64,000 nucleotides of DNA from Octopus sinensis (Eukaryota). The translations under genes and the position numbers were made by a program. Each line of letters starts with the position of its first letter. Within the stretch, counting starts at the first letter, position 1. Positions 12,466 through 24,789 of the stretch are shown here, piece by piece. The notes below the pieces were generated by a model. That model saw only the letters and a list, made by a program, of their open reading frames with translations. It was not told the DNA's origin and ran no database searches. The DNA lies in NCBI RefSeq assembly GCF_006345805.1, contig NC_043003.1:92008001-92072000 (forward strand). The letters are read 5' to 3'.

Positions 12466-15400
12466 ACAATGAAGGGCTACACGGGGCGAAAATCGCCTGG
12501 TTTGGATGGTCTGCCCTACGTGCTTTACTATTATATGACAGACTTGTTTGGTGACCTCTTAGCAGATATCTACCGCACCTGGCAAGAGAACGGGCGAATT
12601 TCTAGTTCTGTGAGCCGAGAAGTGGAGGGCACTGCTGAGAAACGACCCAAACAAGTGGGATCAAATAGAAAATTTTCGGGCCGTAACGCTGCTAAACGCA
12701 GACTTCAAAATTTTGACCAAGATGTTAGCGAAGAGGTTGGAGCTTGTCGTCGAGGAACTGACTGATGATGCGCAAACATGCACCATCCCAAGCATATCCA
12801 TCCACGACATATCCTCATGCGACACATCACAGACAGGGCGGGGAATGAAGCTGGCATGGGTGAGGTGTTGATCAATTTGGATCAGTCTAAAGCTTTTGAT
12901 AGGGTCAACCACCAATACTTGGTGGCCGTCCTCACGGCAGCTGGTTTCTGTGGCTGGATCGCAGCAATGTACAACGACATCTGCTCGGTAGTTCGGGTGA
13001 ATGGTTACCTATCGGAATCATTCAGCATTATGCGTTCGGTCCATCAAGGGTGTCCCCTCTCGTCTCTTCTATATGTGATGGCTCTAGAGACACTACTGCG
13101 GAAATTGGAGGCGTTGAGAGGCATCCAGCGCGACCTAGGATGTGAGAGAACCGTCACAGTGTCGCACACCAAGCACTGGTCGGTACCGCTCTAAATGAAT
13201 ACGAAGCGGTGACAGGAGCAAAAATTAATCAGAAGTCAGTGGACTTGCAACTCGGCACCTGAAGATGCATGTCCATACCTTCCAACAACATCGTGGACGC
13301 TGAACGAAAGGACCTGTTAAATTGCTCGGGGTCTTGTTTGGTCTAGATCTCCAGGTGGAGAAGAACTAGGACGAGGTAGCGAGCAGAGTGGCTAATCTCA
13401 TCCAGAAATGGGCTGAGAGAAAGCTATCCTTGAAAGGTCGGGTGGGGTGGTGAATGTTTACATCGCATCCGTAATCTACTATCGCCTGACCGTCATGCTC
13501 TGTCCCGGTTCGAGTCTGACCAAACTGGAGCGCCTACTATTCCGCTTTCTGTGGAAAGAACGCGTTCCATTGGTCAGGATCTCCATTTGCTGTCAACACC
13601 TGCTATATGGAGGGCTAGGCATACTGTGGCTATTGATGCGTAGACATTCCTTCAGGCTGCAGTATCTCCAACGCTTCCTAGATGGTGAGCAGATGTGGTC
13701 GCCGTTTGTCAAATGCGTTTTCTCACAGCTTGTCTCTTTGACTGAGCTACAGTCCTGGATCAAGCATTGACCGAGGAAAGGCGCCTGGCACCTAAAGTAT
13801 CGTCAGGCGCTCACACTCCTCTGTCAGTGGGGCAATGTGGTCGGTGGAAATTCCACTATGGCGTTCTATAGGGGGTCAGTGGCGGATAAGTGCGACGATG
13901 CTCTCAGGGAGACTCTGGACGTCGACAAGAACGAGTTGGGTGGTCTGTTCTGGAGAACTTTCGGGACGGGGCTTATGGATAATTTCCAGAAATCCTTGGC
14001 TTGGTAGTGTTACCGGGGAGCACTACCTGTTCGAGATAAACTCTACAAGCACGGAAGTGCAGTCAGCCGGGCTTGCCTGAGATGCGCGCAGAGCGACGAA
14101 AACGTTCTGCACGCTCTCGTCCAGTGCTTGAGTATTTCTGAGTTGTGGGTTTATGTCGAACACCTGCTGTCGCGTGAAGGATCCAGCTATCGTCTAAGTC
14201 CATCGTGAGGATAGTCCCGCCGTCGAAATTTTTTTTCCCACGAGAGTTCCTGACCTCAGTAATGAACTCATTTGCATACAGCCAATCAGAGCTCACCTAG
14301 AAAATCCACATACCGTGTACTACTACAGTACAGACAGTCAGGCATAGAATGGTGTATGTCACTGTGTGAGTACAGCATAGCAGGTCTCACATAAGCACCA
14401 CATTTCCCCACCGTCCTCATAGATCAATTGAGCACCATCTCTATATGGAACTACCATTAGGTACCTATGCTCAGACTGAGATTAGTGATACTGCATGTAC
14501 CCACTGATATATGCAAAGAGGGTGCAATACGACACAACGCCATTGATTACGATGTTTCCAGATCAACACCAACATTTTAAATGAGGAGTGTACAAAAATC
14601 AATCAGAAAATTACGAAATTACACACATATTTTCTCGTAAATTACGCAAATTGGCAACACTTATGGCATTGTCGGTGAACAGCTCTCCATTCTCTTTATA
14701 CACTAAACTTTACATTTGTCATCCCTATTAACCCATTTAGAACAGTTGGATTTTGTTATAACGCACATTTTCCATTGAACTCAACCAGAGTATTTTCGTG
14801 ACCAGGTGGACACTAGTTTGATAGTTGAGCTTTGATTGGCTGAATGCAAATGAGCTCATAACTGGGGTCCGGAACTTTTTGGGAAAAAATTTCGCGTCCC
14901 GCCACCTTGCTTTGGCAGGGAGGGAACAGGCTATTTTTCTTTCCTGATGGCCTTAGCGAAAGAGGTTGTGAGGTGGATCAGATTGAAAAGGCTGAAAACA
15001 CATTTTCCTCTTTGGTCAAGTTCTCATCAACTTTTTCAAGTTACACTTGAAAAGGAAAGTGAGTGTAGATAGGGAAGTGCTGCCTCCAAGCAATTTTGTT
15101 AAAAGGAGGTTGAATGTTGCAAGAATGGCCCGAGTGAATGGGCCTACTCTAAGCATGCGCCTGTAGACAAAGTGGAAAGGGCACTTACCCTGGTGGTCAG
15201 GACTGTTGTGAACTTGTGGGGGTTTCACGAGCAGTCCTAGGAGGTTTCCCACTTTTGGGGAATTTTGTTGTTATATTCGATTATTGTTTTAGTTTTTCAT
15301 AGTTAACATGAATTTTATGTAACCACACATTGTATTTGTCCTGTGTTGTCACAATGCTTTTTTTTCTTTATATATAAGCTCTTAGTGGTTAATAAAGAAA
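12466..15400 (+). mobile_element. Second, 5'-truncated L1/Tx1 copy (RT to 3' end) in tandem, interrupted by a MITE
   Basis: KSPGLDGLPY, LDQSKAFDRVNH, VHQGCPLSSLLY; stop near 15166, AATAAA at 15391, then (ATC/ATT)n tail. Confidence 0.88.
14222..14895. mobile_element. Non-autonomous DNA transposon (MITE), about 75-bp imperfect TIRs, 8-bp TSD
   Basis: GTCCCGCC at 14214-14221 and 14896-14903; ends CGAAATTTTT..ATTTGCAT..CCAATCAGAGCTCA and its reverse complement; the LINE frame rejoins across it. Confidence 0.88.
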
Positions 15401-15419
15401 TCATCATTATTATTATTAC

Positions 15420-15909
15420 TGAGTGAGAGAGTAGTGCATGCCATCAAAGTGACACTGGGGTACAAATATACGAAGCCCAGTATACCCATCATGACTACCC
15501 GTCTGATAAGGGAACGCCAGGCACATGCATCACAACCATATGTACGCGACATGGTGACCTTATATCAAGATAAACAGCACATGACCTTGCAGGTGGGGCC
15601 CAATTAGAATTTTCTTCAGGCCGAGTAGCCCATCCCGCTCTAGAGGGGAATTATCCAAATCCCAAAGAATTCCTCACAACACATGGCTACGATGCTCCCT
15701 TACTACTTCTACTCATGATCAGAGATGTACATATCGTCAGCCACTAAGCGACATGCTCAACTGGTTATGGTCAAACAACGGTGGTATTGAGCAGAATATT
15801 TGCTGTAGCCCATCATTTATACCAGGACAAAACAATGTACATGAATACACTTCCAATCAGTTAAGATGAGAAGGCATGAAAGCCACTGCCTGGTACTGAA
15901 ACAGGGCAA
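15420..15909 (-). mobile_element. (ATT)n-embedded repeat, copy 3
   Basis: Same family, small internal deletions. Confidence 0.88.
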
Positions 15910-15945
<36 letters not shown>

Positions 15946-15958
15946 TATTATTATTATT

Positions 15959-16540
15959 GAGTGAGAGAGCAGTGCATGCCATCAAAGTGACACTGGGGTA
16001 AAATATATACGAAGCCCAATATACCCATCATGACTACCCGTCTGATAAAGGTACACCAGGCACATGCATCACAACCATATGTGCGCGACATGGTGATCTC
16101 ATATCAAGATAAACAGCACATGACCTTGCAGGTGGGGCCCAGTTAGAATTTTCTTCAGGTTGAGTAGCCCATCCCGCTCAAAAGGTCCCTGAATAAGGAT
16201 TGTTTAAGATGTTGAAAGAACCACCCATGTTTCCAGAGGTGAATTATTCAAACCCCAAGAATCCTCTCAACACATGGCTATGATGCTCCCCCACTACTTC
16301 TGCTCGTGATCAGAGATGCACATATCGTCAGCCACTAAGGGACATGCTCAACTGGTTAAGGTCAAACAACTGACAAGCAAATCTGTGGTATTGAGCAGAA
16401 TATTGCTGTAGCCCATCTTTTATACCAAGACAAAACAATGTACATAATAACACTTCCAATCAGTTAAGATCAGAAGCCATGAGAGCCACTGCCTGGTACT
16501 GCATCAGGCATGAGAGCCACTGCCTGGTACTGCATCAGGC
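15959..16540 (-). mobile_element. (ATT)n-embedded repeat, copy 4 (most complete)
   Basis: Same family; terminal 31 bp (CATGAGAGCCACTGCCTGGTACTGCATCAGG) tandemly duplicated. Confidence 0.88.
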
Positions 16541-16841
16541 ATTATTATTATTATATATTATTATATTATTATATTATTATTATTATTATGTTGTTGTTGT
16601 TGTTGTGTTGTTAATATTAAAGCGGTGAGCTGGCAGAATCGTTAGCACGCCGGGCGAAAAGCATAGCAGTACATCGTCTGTCTTCATGTTCTGTGTTCAA
16701 ATGCCGCTGGGGTCGACCTTGCCTTTCATCCTTTTTTTAGGGGGGGGGTCGATAAATTAAGTACCAGTTATGCACTGGAGTCGATGTAATTGACTTAATC
16801 TCTTCCTCCAAATTTGAGGCTTTCTGCTTCCAGTAGAAAGG

Positions 16842-16907
<66 letters not shown>

Positions 16908-16952
16908 GGCAGCGAGCTGACAGAATCGTTAGCACGCTAGACAAAATGCTTG

Positions 16953-17359
16953 GAATCTTTTCGGTTTGAACGGCAGTTTTTTCTAGCGGTGTCATATAAA
17001 ATTGTCACCCATAATTATGACCCTAGTATCGATCTATTGCATTTCAATCTATTTTAGGGTTAGGGTTAGGGGTGGGGGGAAGGGTATATTTTTTCTTCAG
17101 AAATGTAAATAAACCCAATCTGTTTCTTAAACGAGGGACATATTAATACGGCACCGAATGTTTTCACCTCAATAGACGTCATTGATTGGTTGAAATTGCA
17201 GAAAAAAAACTACAAATATCTTACAAACTATAGAATTTTCTCAATAAAGCCAAGAGAAAAAGATGTTTTATAAACACATTCTACCAGTATACGAAGTTTA
17301 AAAGTGTTTAGTTACGTGGAAATTATTTTAAAAAACTGCCGGTCAAACCGAAAAGATTC
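16953..17359. mobile_element. MITE with 30-bp TIRs and 8-bp TSD, inserted in a family B SINE; carries (TTAGGG)3
   Basis: GAATCTTTTCGGTTTGAACGGCAGTTTTTT vs reverse complement at 17330-17359 (1 mismatch); TSD AATGCTTG at 16945-52 and 17360-67. Confidence 0.92.
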
Positions 17360-18349
17360 AATGCTTGGCAGTATTTCGCCCGTCGCTATGTTCAGAGTTC
17401 AAATTCTTTTCATCCTTCCGGGGTCGATAAAAAAGTACCAGTGAAACATTGAGGGCTGATATAATCGACTAATTCCCTCCCATCAAATTGCTATCCTTTG
17501 GAAAAATTTGAAGGTGGCGAGCAGGCAGAGACGTCAGCACGCCGGGCAAAATGCTTAGCGGTACCTCGTTCTGGGTTCAAATTCCGCCGAGGTCGACCTT
17601 GTCTTATATCCTTTTGGGGTGGATAAATTAAGCACTGGTCAAATATTGACTAGTCCCCTTCCCCAAAATTTAGTAGAAAGTATTATTATTATTATTGATG
17701 TTTCGTTGTCATTTATTAAAACCACAAGAAGTCCTTGACACCTTATACTACTATTTGTGGCCTCTGCCCTCGATCTTCGACCAAAATATTTTATTCTTTA
17801 TTTTGTCCACTTATATACCATTAATATGACGTAATTTTGGGTTCAAGAAAAAAATTGAATGTTACATCTCAAATTGAGTGGCATGGTGTCATTTATGATA
17901 TGGTAAAGAATGCTGCATTTGAACAAGTTGAGGGTCTGGAAAATGCATTGCAGTATTTAGTTGCATTCCTTTATAATCTGAGTTCGAATCCCACAAAAAG
18001 CAACTTTCATTCTTCCGGAGTCGGTAAAATAAGTACCTATAACCAATCAAGCATTAAATTAATATAAAATCCAGCTTTCTGCTCCACAAATTTGTGGTTC
18101 TGTACATATCTCAGAAGCCATGACACTCGAACAATAATGTCCCTTTTGGTAATCCATATAGAAATTAGCCTTTCCTGTGCACTGGTGTTAGGACTCGGTA
18201 ATTTAATGGCTTAGATTACAAGACAAGGTCGTTGATATTACTGTGATTGTTCGTTGTAGGTAGTATCATTTATATAAACAAGGTAAGGTGATTCTACAGT
18301 TTAATCTAAATATTTACTTTCTTTGTAAATTCAACGTTGTTGCAATACT

Positions 18350-18584
18350 TTAAAGGGAGGTAACCCATTTTCAAAGACCTCAAAATTGATTGATTTCTGT
18401 TTAACAAAGAATCCGACTGAGATGGTGATATCGTATGACCACCGAAGATCCTGGCAACATTCTCTAGATTGAGCGGATTTCATAATCACAGCGATATATT
18501 ATAACAAGCAAACGGAATTCTAACAATCTAAAACAAAAAAGAAGAACTGGAATCGAGGAAAAGAAATACGGATATAGGTGCAAG
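18350..18584 (+). other. Candidate non-coding first exon / promoter region of the zinc-finger gene
   Basis: Repeat-free, CpG-retaining stretch ending in a good donor CAAG|GTATGT at 18584/85; CpG-poor DNA starts about 2 kb downstream. The start is unknown. Confidence 0.3.
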
Positions 18585-18855
18585 GTATGTGCCTCATATT
18601 TTCCTTGTTGACGACTATCATAAGGTTATACGTATGAAGAAAGGATCTGTTCTGAAGACATATTTTGCTTATGTTATTTAACTAGATATGTCTCATTTTC
18701 CTCACATATCAAAGGTAGTGTTATTGTATTATACATCTACAAACTGAAAACTTATAGCTTGAATAATTTCCGGTTTTGATTCATATGTATAACGGCATTT
18801 TAACTACGGGAATTTGAACGATGTCGATGAAAGAGTATATATACACACGTACACA

Positions 18856-18924
<69 letters not shown>

Positions 18925-20737
18925 CGTACACGAAAGGATAATTAACCTGATCTAGTCTTTCTACTTTTTAGTGGACAAAATCTGAAATGTTTTTAAAATC
19001 ATTATAAAAATTACTGCTATTAATCTATCTAAAAAAGACTGGAATATATTGCTTTTAGTTTGTGTATTCGTTTGCTAATGTAACTGAATGAAGCTATACG
19101 ATCGAGTCATCAATTAAATTGATTTGTTAATTAACTATTCGGGCATATATGTATATTCGCCGATATATTTTGTTATTTAGTTTCTGCAATTAAAATAACA
19201 AATTAAACAGGTTCTTAGCTATATTCAGTCCATATTGCGTTTATACCTTTATTGCAATGATCATTATTCTTCCTCCTCCGCCTCCCCGTAATGACCCTGT
19301 GCCTTTGTTTAGAAATCAGTTATCTAATTGCAATATAAAATACTACTTAATCTTCTATTATTTCCTTATTATTCGATATATTCACTCTTAAAGATTACAT
19401 GTTATTACTTAATAAAATATATTTACTAAATATTATTCATTGTCACATGGTGAAGAGATGGAGTGCTTTAGTGTTTCATCTCTTCCAGGGCATATAAAAT
19501 GAAAACGCTTTATTTCTTTGATTCAGTCTCAAATTTTATTATATTTTGCCACAGTTAAAAACCGATTATTATGAAAAGACTTTCAAGGTACAGGTTGTTA
19601 GTTTAGTAACGTGCCGGATTAGATGTCATGAGTAGTAGTTATGTCCCTTTATATTAAAATCCCGCCAAGTCCTCAAGTTTGGCTTTATCTTTCCGTGGCT
19701 GGTTGGTTGATAAGAAAGATAAAGATATAATTTATGTACTTGAGGTCGATTTACGTTGATCAAAATATGCAGACTCATGGTAAGATTAGACATCATTATC
19801 ATGGAAAAGGCTGTAGAATAGGGCGACAGTCGGAGTAAGTGTGGTCTTATATTTAATTTCATTGGAATCGATTACCTTCACAATAAAAAGTGCTTGTGCC
19901 AATAAAAGAAATTATGCATTTGATGAGACAGTGAAGATGCTTCGTTCATGCAGTTGAACACCGACACAAGAGTATTTAAATATCGCCACTTCGATGTAAA
20001 CTTCAAGTTCAAATCCTGTCAGGTCAACTTCACCTTTCATTATCCCACCTAGGTCGTATAGTACTAGTAACACTACGAACTACAATTTATAGTGTTCCCT
20101 TAAAATATTTCTGCCAATGTTCTGTATCTTTTAGAAGCGATTAAGAACCCAATTTCGAAAAGCATTGATTATTCCCTTTAGAGAGGTTTTGTTTTGATAT
20201 TTTTTTACTCGTGTTATTGCGTACAAATCATTGTGTAGTGGGAAAGTAAATGAAATAAATAAACACGCAAGTTGTCACTGCGATTTTGTAAAGAATATAT
20301 TTTCGTTAAAGAAATCTAGAGGTTATGAAAAGTGAAATTACGAAGAAAAAGAAAATCGTTTGAATGAATAAGAATTGTGATGTTGTTTTGTCCTAGGCAT
20401 TCAGCAGGTTTAGGATAGAGGCGTTCGCCATGACCTGACCATCCCTTCTAGTCAACGACAAATAGTATACGATGTCCTTTCCTTAAGATAATAAGGGCGA
20501 GTTTTGAGTGGAGATTTAGTTGCAGTTAGCCATGATACAATGTACACGTATGTATTAAAGTTTTACGTCTTCGTTATCAGTTTTATCTGTTTTACAGCAT
20601 TGCTTAGTTGTTGTTTAACCCGAAGCAAAATTTGATTGAGCACACATCTATGATGACAGGCTTATTCCAGCTGCAATCCTCATGTACTTTATGGAGTATC
20701 TGGGACTAGTTTTCTAATGTGTATTAAAAAATGTGTT

Positions 20738-20860
20738 GGCGATCCTTCGATATCGGTATGTGGAAACGACGTCATTCACCCTTTTCAGCCTCGCCTCTTT
20801 ATATCTTGAGGGAAAGTTTTGTGGGTGAATGACGTCGTGTACCTGTATCGAAAGATTGCC
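20738..20860. repeat. About 120-bp imperfect inverted repeat / hairpin
   Basis: GGCGATCCTTCGATA..ACGACGTCATTCACCC / GGGTGAATGACGTCGT..TATCGAAAGATTGCC. Confidence 0.8.
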
Positions 20861-21029
20861 GCCGAATGAAACTTCGATCTCCAGTGTGTATAATGGATCG
20901 TCGCTATGTCTAACTCGAGATAAGAAATAGTTTTATTGGGCTAAAGTAATATGTCTTATATTTTCATGCTTTTCTCAAAAGATAGTAAATAGGGGCTTTG
21001 GTTCTGGTGTTTTCTAACCATATGTTTTT

Positions 21030-22790
21030 CCCTAAGAGTATACAAGAAGAATTACTTGGAGTACATGAATCACAACCAAAAGCTGACAAAGAACAATCAT
21101 ATTTTGGACAGAAAGCATCTTATCTGAAATGTATGCGAACTTCACCAGAGTGGCTTTCCTACCAAGTATCACCTCGTCTTGAGAATTGCAAAAAATAAGA
21201 AACCTTACTCAGTTGCTGAAATTTTAATCTTGCTCCACTGCAAAGATATTGTTGATTGTATGTTTGGAGAGAATGAGGCAAAGAAACTGATCACTGCTAC
21301 TGTCAAAGGATAAATGTTTATTGATGAATATCTGGTATACTTGTTTCAAATATTGGCACAAAGCCAGCAATTTCAGGGGAGTTGGGTAAGTTGATTACAT
21401 TGACTCCTGTACTCAGCTGGTACTTATTTTATTGACCCTGAAAAGATGAAAGGCAAAGTCGACTCTGGCAGAATTTGAACCCAGAACGTAAAGATGGACA
21501 AAATGTTACTAAGCATTTTGCCCAGTGCTAACTATTCTGCCAGCTTGCTGTCTTTTGAATTTCTTATATATTAGATGATATAAAACTAAAGTTATTTTGG
21601 AAATCAAAGAGGTTCTGCTAGGTATATTTACTATCCACCATGAAGAGCACACAGGTATATTATCTGATGCTGAGCTGCTTATGTATTCACGACACCTAAA
21701 AGATTATTATTTTAAAGAAGAATTCTTGTTTTGTCACTCGATGGAATGCTTAAGAAAAGTGATCATAATGAAGTTATATCTAGTTTCTTTTTGAAAAGAA
21801 TGTCTTTCTTAGAAAATGGGAGTTAGCAGTACAACTGACAGAGCTCCTGCAATGCTGAGATATAGATCTGGTTTGTTTGCAAGAGTGTCAAATGCCAAGC
21901 CTGATATAAAGAAAATGCACAGTGTGATCCATAGCTATGCTATTATGTATGAAGACACAGTCTCTAGCTCTCAAATCTATTTTTAATGATGATATAGTGA
22001 TTTTTGTCAAATCTATTTCTGTGTATAAGGATATTGTACTTATTGAATTAAAAATTAAATGCTGAATGAGAGACTTTTTGCTTCATACAGACGTGAGATG
22101 TCTTTCAACTAGTAATATGGTAGCTAGAGTTGCAGTGATGAAAGACAAAATGGAATTTTTAAAGAAATCAAAAGGATAAATCAAGCAAGTTTGTAAATTA
22201 ACTTTCTGACAACAAATGAATGATAGCCAACCTGAATAATATTTTCATTTGACTCAATGAAATCAACAAGGCCATTCAAGGCAACCTAACTTCTGTTGTA
22301 CACTTTGTCAACAAGGTAGAACCATTTCAGATGAAACAAGTTGTAGAATGGAAAAAAATCAAGGGCAGGTCATTATGACATTTTGGGATGTATGAAAGCT
22401 TTACACTGCTGGAAGTAGAGGACATTAATGTGCTATCTGAAAAGCTTTTTGCTTCTACCTCAATAAATTCTATCCAGCCCATGTGAGCATGAAAAAGTGG
22501 ATGTGAGGTATTAGATTTCCATATCAACCCATTTGAAATCCTTTTAGATTTAATTACAGATTAGTTCCAGACAAGCTGTAAAATGAATTTGCGGAATTTC
22601 TAAATAATTCCATATCCAAATATATTTTTGAAATATCATTTGCAGCAAAGTTCTGGTATTCTGTGTGTCTAGAAAATGTGTGGAGAGCTTTTTGTTGTTC
22701 CCATTCACTTATCATTGTGATCAAGGGGTTTTGGCAATGTTAACCAAACACAAATTTTGTACAAGACTGTCAATTGCAAGCTTGCCTCTG
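21030..22790 (+). mobile_element. Decayed hAT (Buster/Charlie, ZBED8/SCAND3-like) transposase
   Basis: Fragmented motifs SYQV..KPYSVAE.LI..MFGENEAKKL, KEEFLFC, TTDRAPAML, HSVIHSYA, LLHTDVRCLS, FPFTYHCDQG; interrupted by a SINE at about 21355-21550. Confidence 0.75.
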
Positions 22791-23274
22791 AATCTTTGCT
22801 GGCTCTTGAGTTACTTGTTAGAAGAGCCAAGCTCATCTCATAGGTACAAGGCTAAAAATTTGTGGGGAAGGAACAGTTGATTGTATTGAACCCCAATATT
22901 TGATTGGTATTTTATTTTGTCAACACCAGAAGAATGTAATGCAAACTTGAAAGCAACAGGATTTGAATTCTTTAAATTTAACTAAATTAATAACATATAA
23001 TACATGTCTATTTTTTTGTTCTATTGTATCCAGCCATTTTACACTATATTCTTCACATGGGAGACACTGACACTGCTTGACATAATGAAGGGATTTGCTA
23101 GAAGAAAGAGTTCAATAACTCTATTATTAATTAAATGGCATTTCTTTAATTAGGGATTGAAATTGAGTTTACCTCTCTATCGTGTTCATCACTATATTAA
23201 CAACACCAATATAAACAGGTTTCTTCAGATGCGATAAATGTTTGTAGGTTGACAGAATTGATCCTACATTGGTG

Positions 23275-23475
23275 GTGAGCTGGTAGAATCATTAGCACGC
23301 CGGGCAAAATGCTGTCGTTACGTTCTGAGTTCAAATTCCGCCGAGGTCGACTTTGCCTTTTATCCTTTCAGGGTCGATAAATTAAGTACCAGTTACGCAC
23401 TGAGATCGATATAATTGACTTAATCCCTTTCTTTGTCCCCTCTGTGTGTAGCCCCTTGTGGGCAGTAACAAAATG
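23275..23475 (+). mobile_element. Young family B SINE with long TSD
   Basis: AGAATTGATCCTACATTGGTG duplicated at 23254-23274 and 23476-23496. Confidence 0.9.
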
Positions 23476-23845
23476 AGAATTGATCCTACATTGGTGAAGT
23501 AATCATTAAGGATTAAAACATTAAAAAAGGAAAATGTAAGCTCTGGTACCACATAAAAAGCACTGGTGCTGATGCCACGTTAAAAGCACTGGTGCTGGTA
23601 CCACATAAAAAGACCCAGTACAGTGTGGAGTGGCTAATGTTAGGAAGGGCATTCAGTCGTAGAAACCATGCCAGAACAGACAGTGGAGCCTGGTGTGGCC
23701 CCTGACCTTACCAGCACTTGTTACATTGTCCAACCCATGCCATCATAGAAAATGGATGCTAAATGATGCTGATGATGATATGTAGATTAGTTCCAACCAT
23801 CAATCAAATCTAAACCATGGAATCCATTCTTTGACTGGTGGTTAA

Positions 23846-24056
23846 CCCTTTAGCATTCAGATAACTCTGTCAAATGTAATGCTTATTTATTTACATTGTT
23901 TTGAATTAAATCATGTATTATCTCACAGCTTTGAGATTTTTATGATGTGATTGTTTATTTTAAGAATGACAGTGTATGGTAGGTGTGAGAGGACAGATCT
24001 GGCCAGTTTGAACATAAAATAAGTAGAATATTCGGGCCAGCTTAAATGCTAAAGGG
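23846..24056. mobile_element. piggyBac-type MITE (TTAA TSD)
   Basis: TTAA|CCCTTTAGCATT..AATGCTAAAGGG|TTAA; second copy at 47520-47737. Confidence 0.85.
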
Positions 24057-24060
24057 TTAA

Positions 24061-24270
24061 CCCACCTGACACTGCTCTTGGTCCCATGATACATATTTCC
24101 TTTTTAAAATGATTTAAATTAAAACCTTCCATGAAAACTTCATGTTAATTTATGTTCCAAATACCATCTTAATAATGACAAAGTTATTTTACTAAATTCT
24201 TCATTATTCTCAAAATAAATTGAAACAAAGGCAGTGTATTTCAACAGAAATTTGGTAACAAAAAGGTTAA
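24061..24270. mobile_element. Second TTAA-flanked MITE family
   Basis: Starts at the shared TTAA and ends AAAAGG|TTAA; related pieces at 31200-31345, 48595-48800 and 58635-58855. Confidence 0.6.
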
Positions 24271-24789
24271 GTTATTTCTGAATAAATCACTGATGAAGGT
24301 CTTACATCAGGCATGGGCAATCTTTTCTGAGAAGCAGGCTGTGAAAGACATACTGGCTGCATTACTAAAATATGTGAAGGCACTTTTTCATTAGTCATGC
24401 CCATGACTCTTTTATATGATTGTTTGGCCTGCTAGAAATACCAGCCAAATCTCTCCCTCTTTATTGCCTGAAAAATAAATAAAGGAAGGTTGTTGATCAT
24501 AGGTCTGCACAATCATCTGAGCTGGGCTAAACAACTAAGTGTTTCTTCATTGAAACAAAACAATCATATGTTGGAGTGTCATAAAAAGATGGGTTTTGTT
24601 GAGACTGAATTGCGTTTTGCAGGGCAACAATGCTTGGTAGTTTGGTGGTTGGTAAGCAACCTAATAAATACACAGAGCTGTGTAAGCCATGTACAGAGAA
24701 GTTCTCTGCAAGTTGACAGTAAAGAGTTCTTGATTTAGTGTGTAGGTAGATGTCTATCAGGGCTTTGTTTTCAGCCCCACTCCAGGCCA

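Noticed and set aside
17053-17071. Telomere or chromosome-fusion site
   Set aside because: Only three units, inside a TIR/TSD-bounded MITE.
21030-22790. ZBED8/SCAND3-like domesticated gene
   Set aside because: Many stops and frameshifts plus a SINE insertion.
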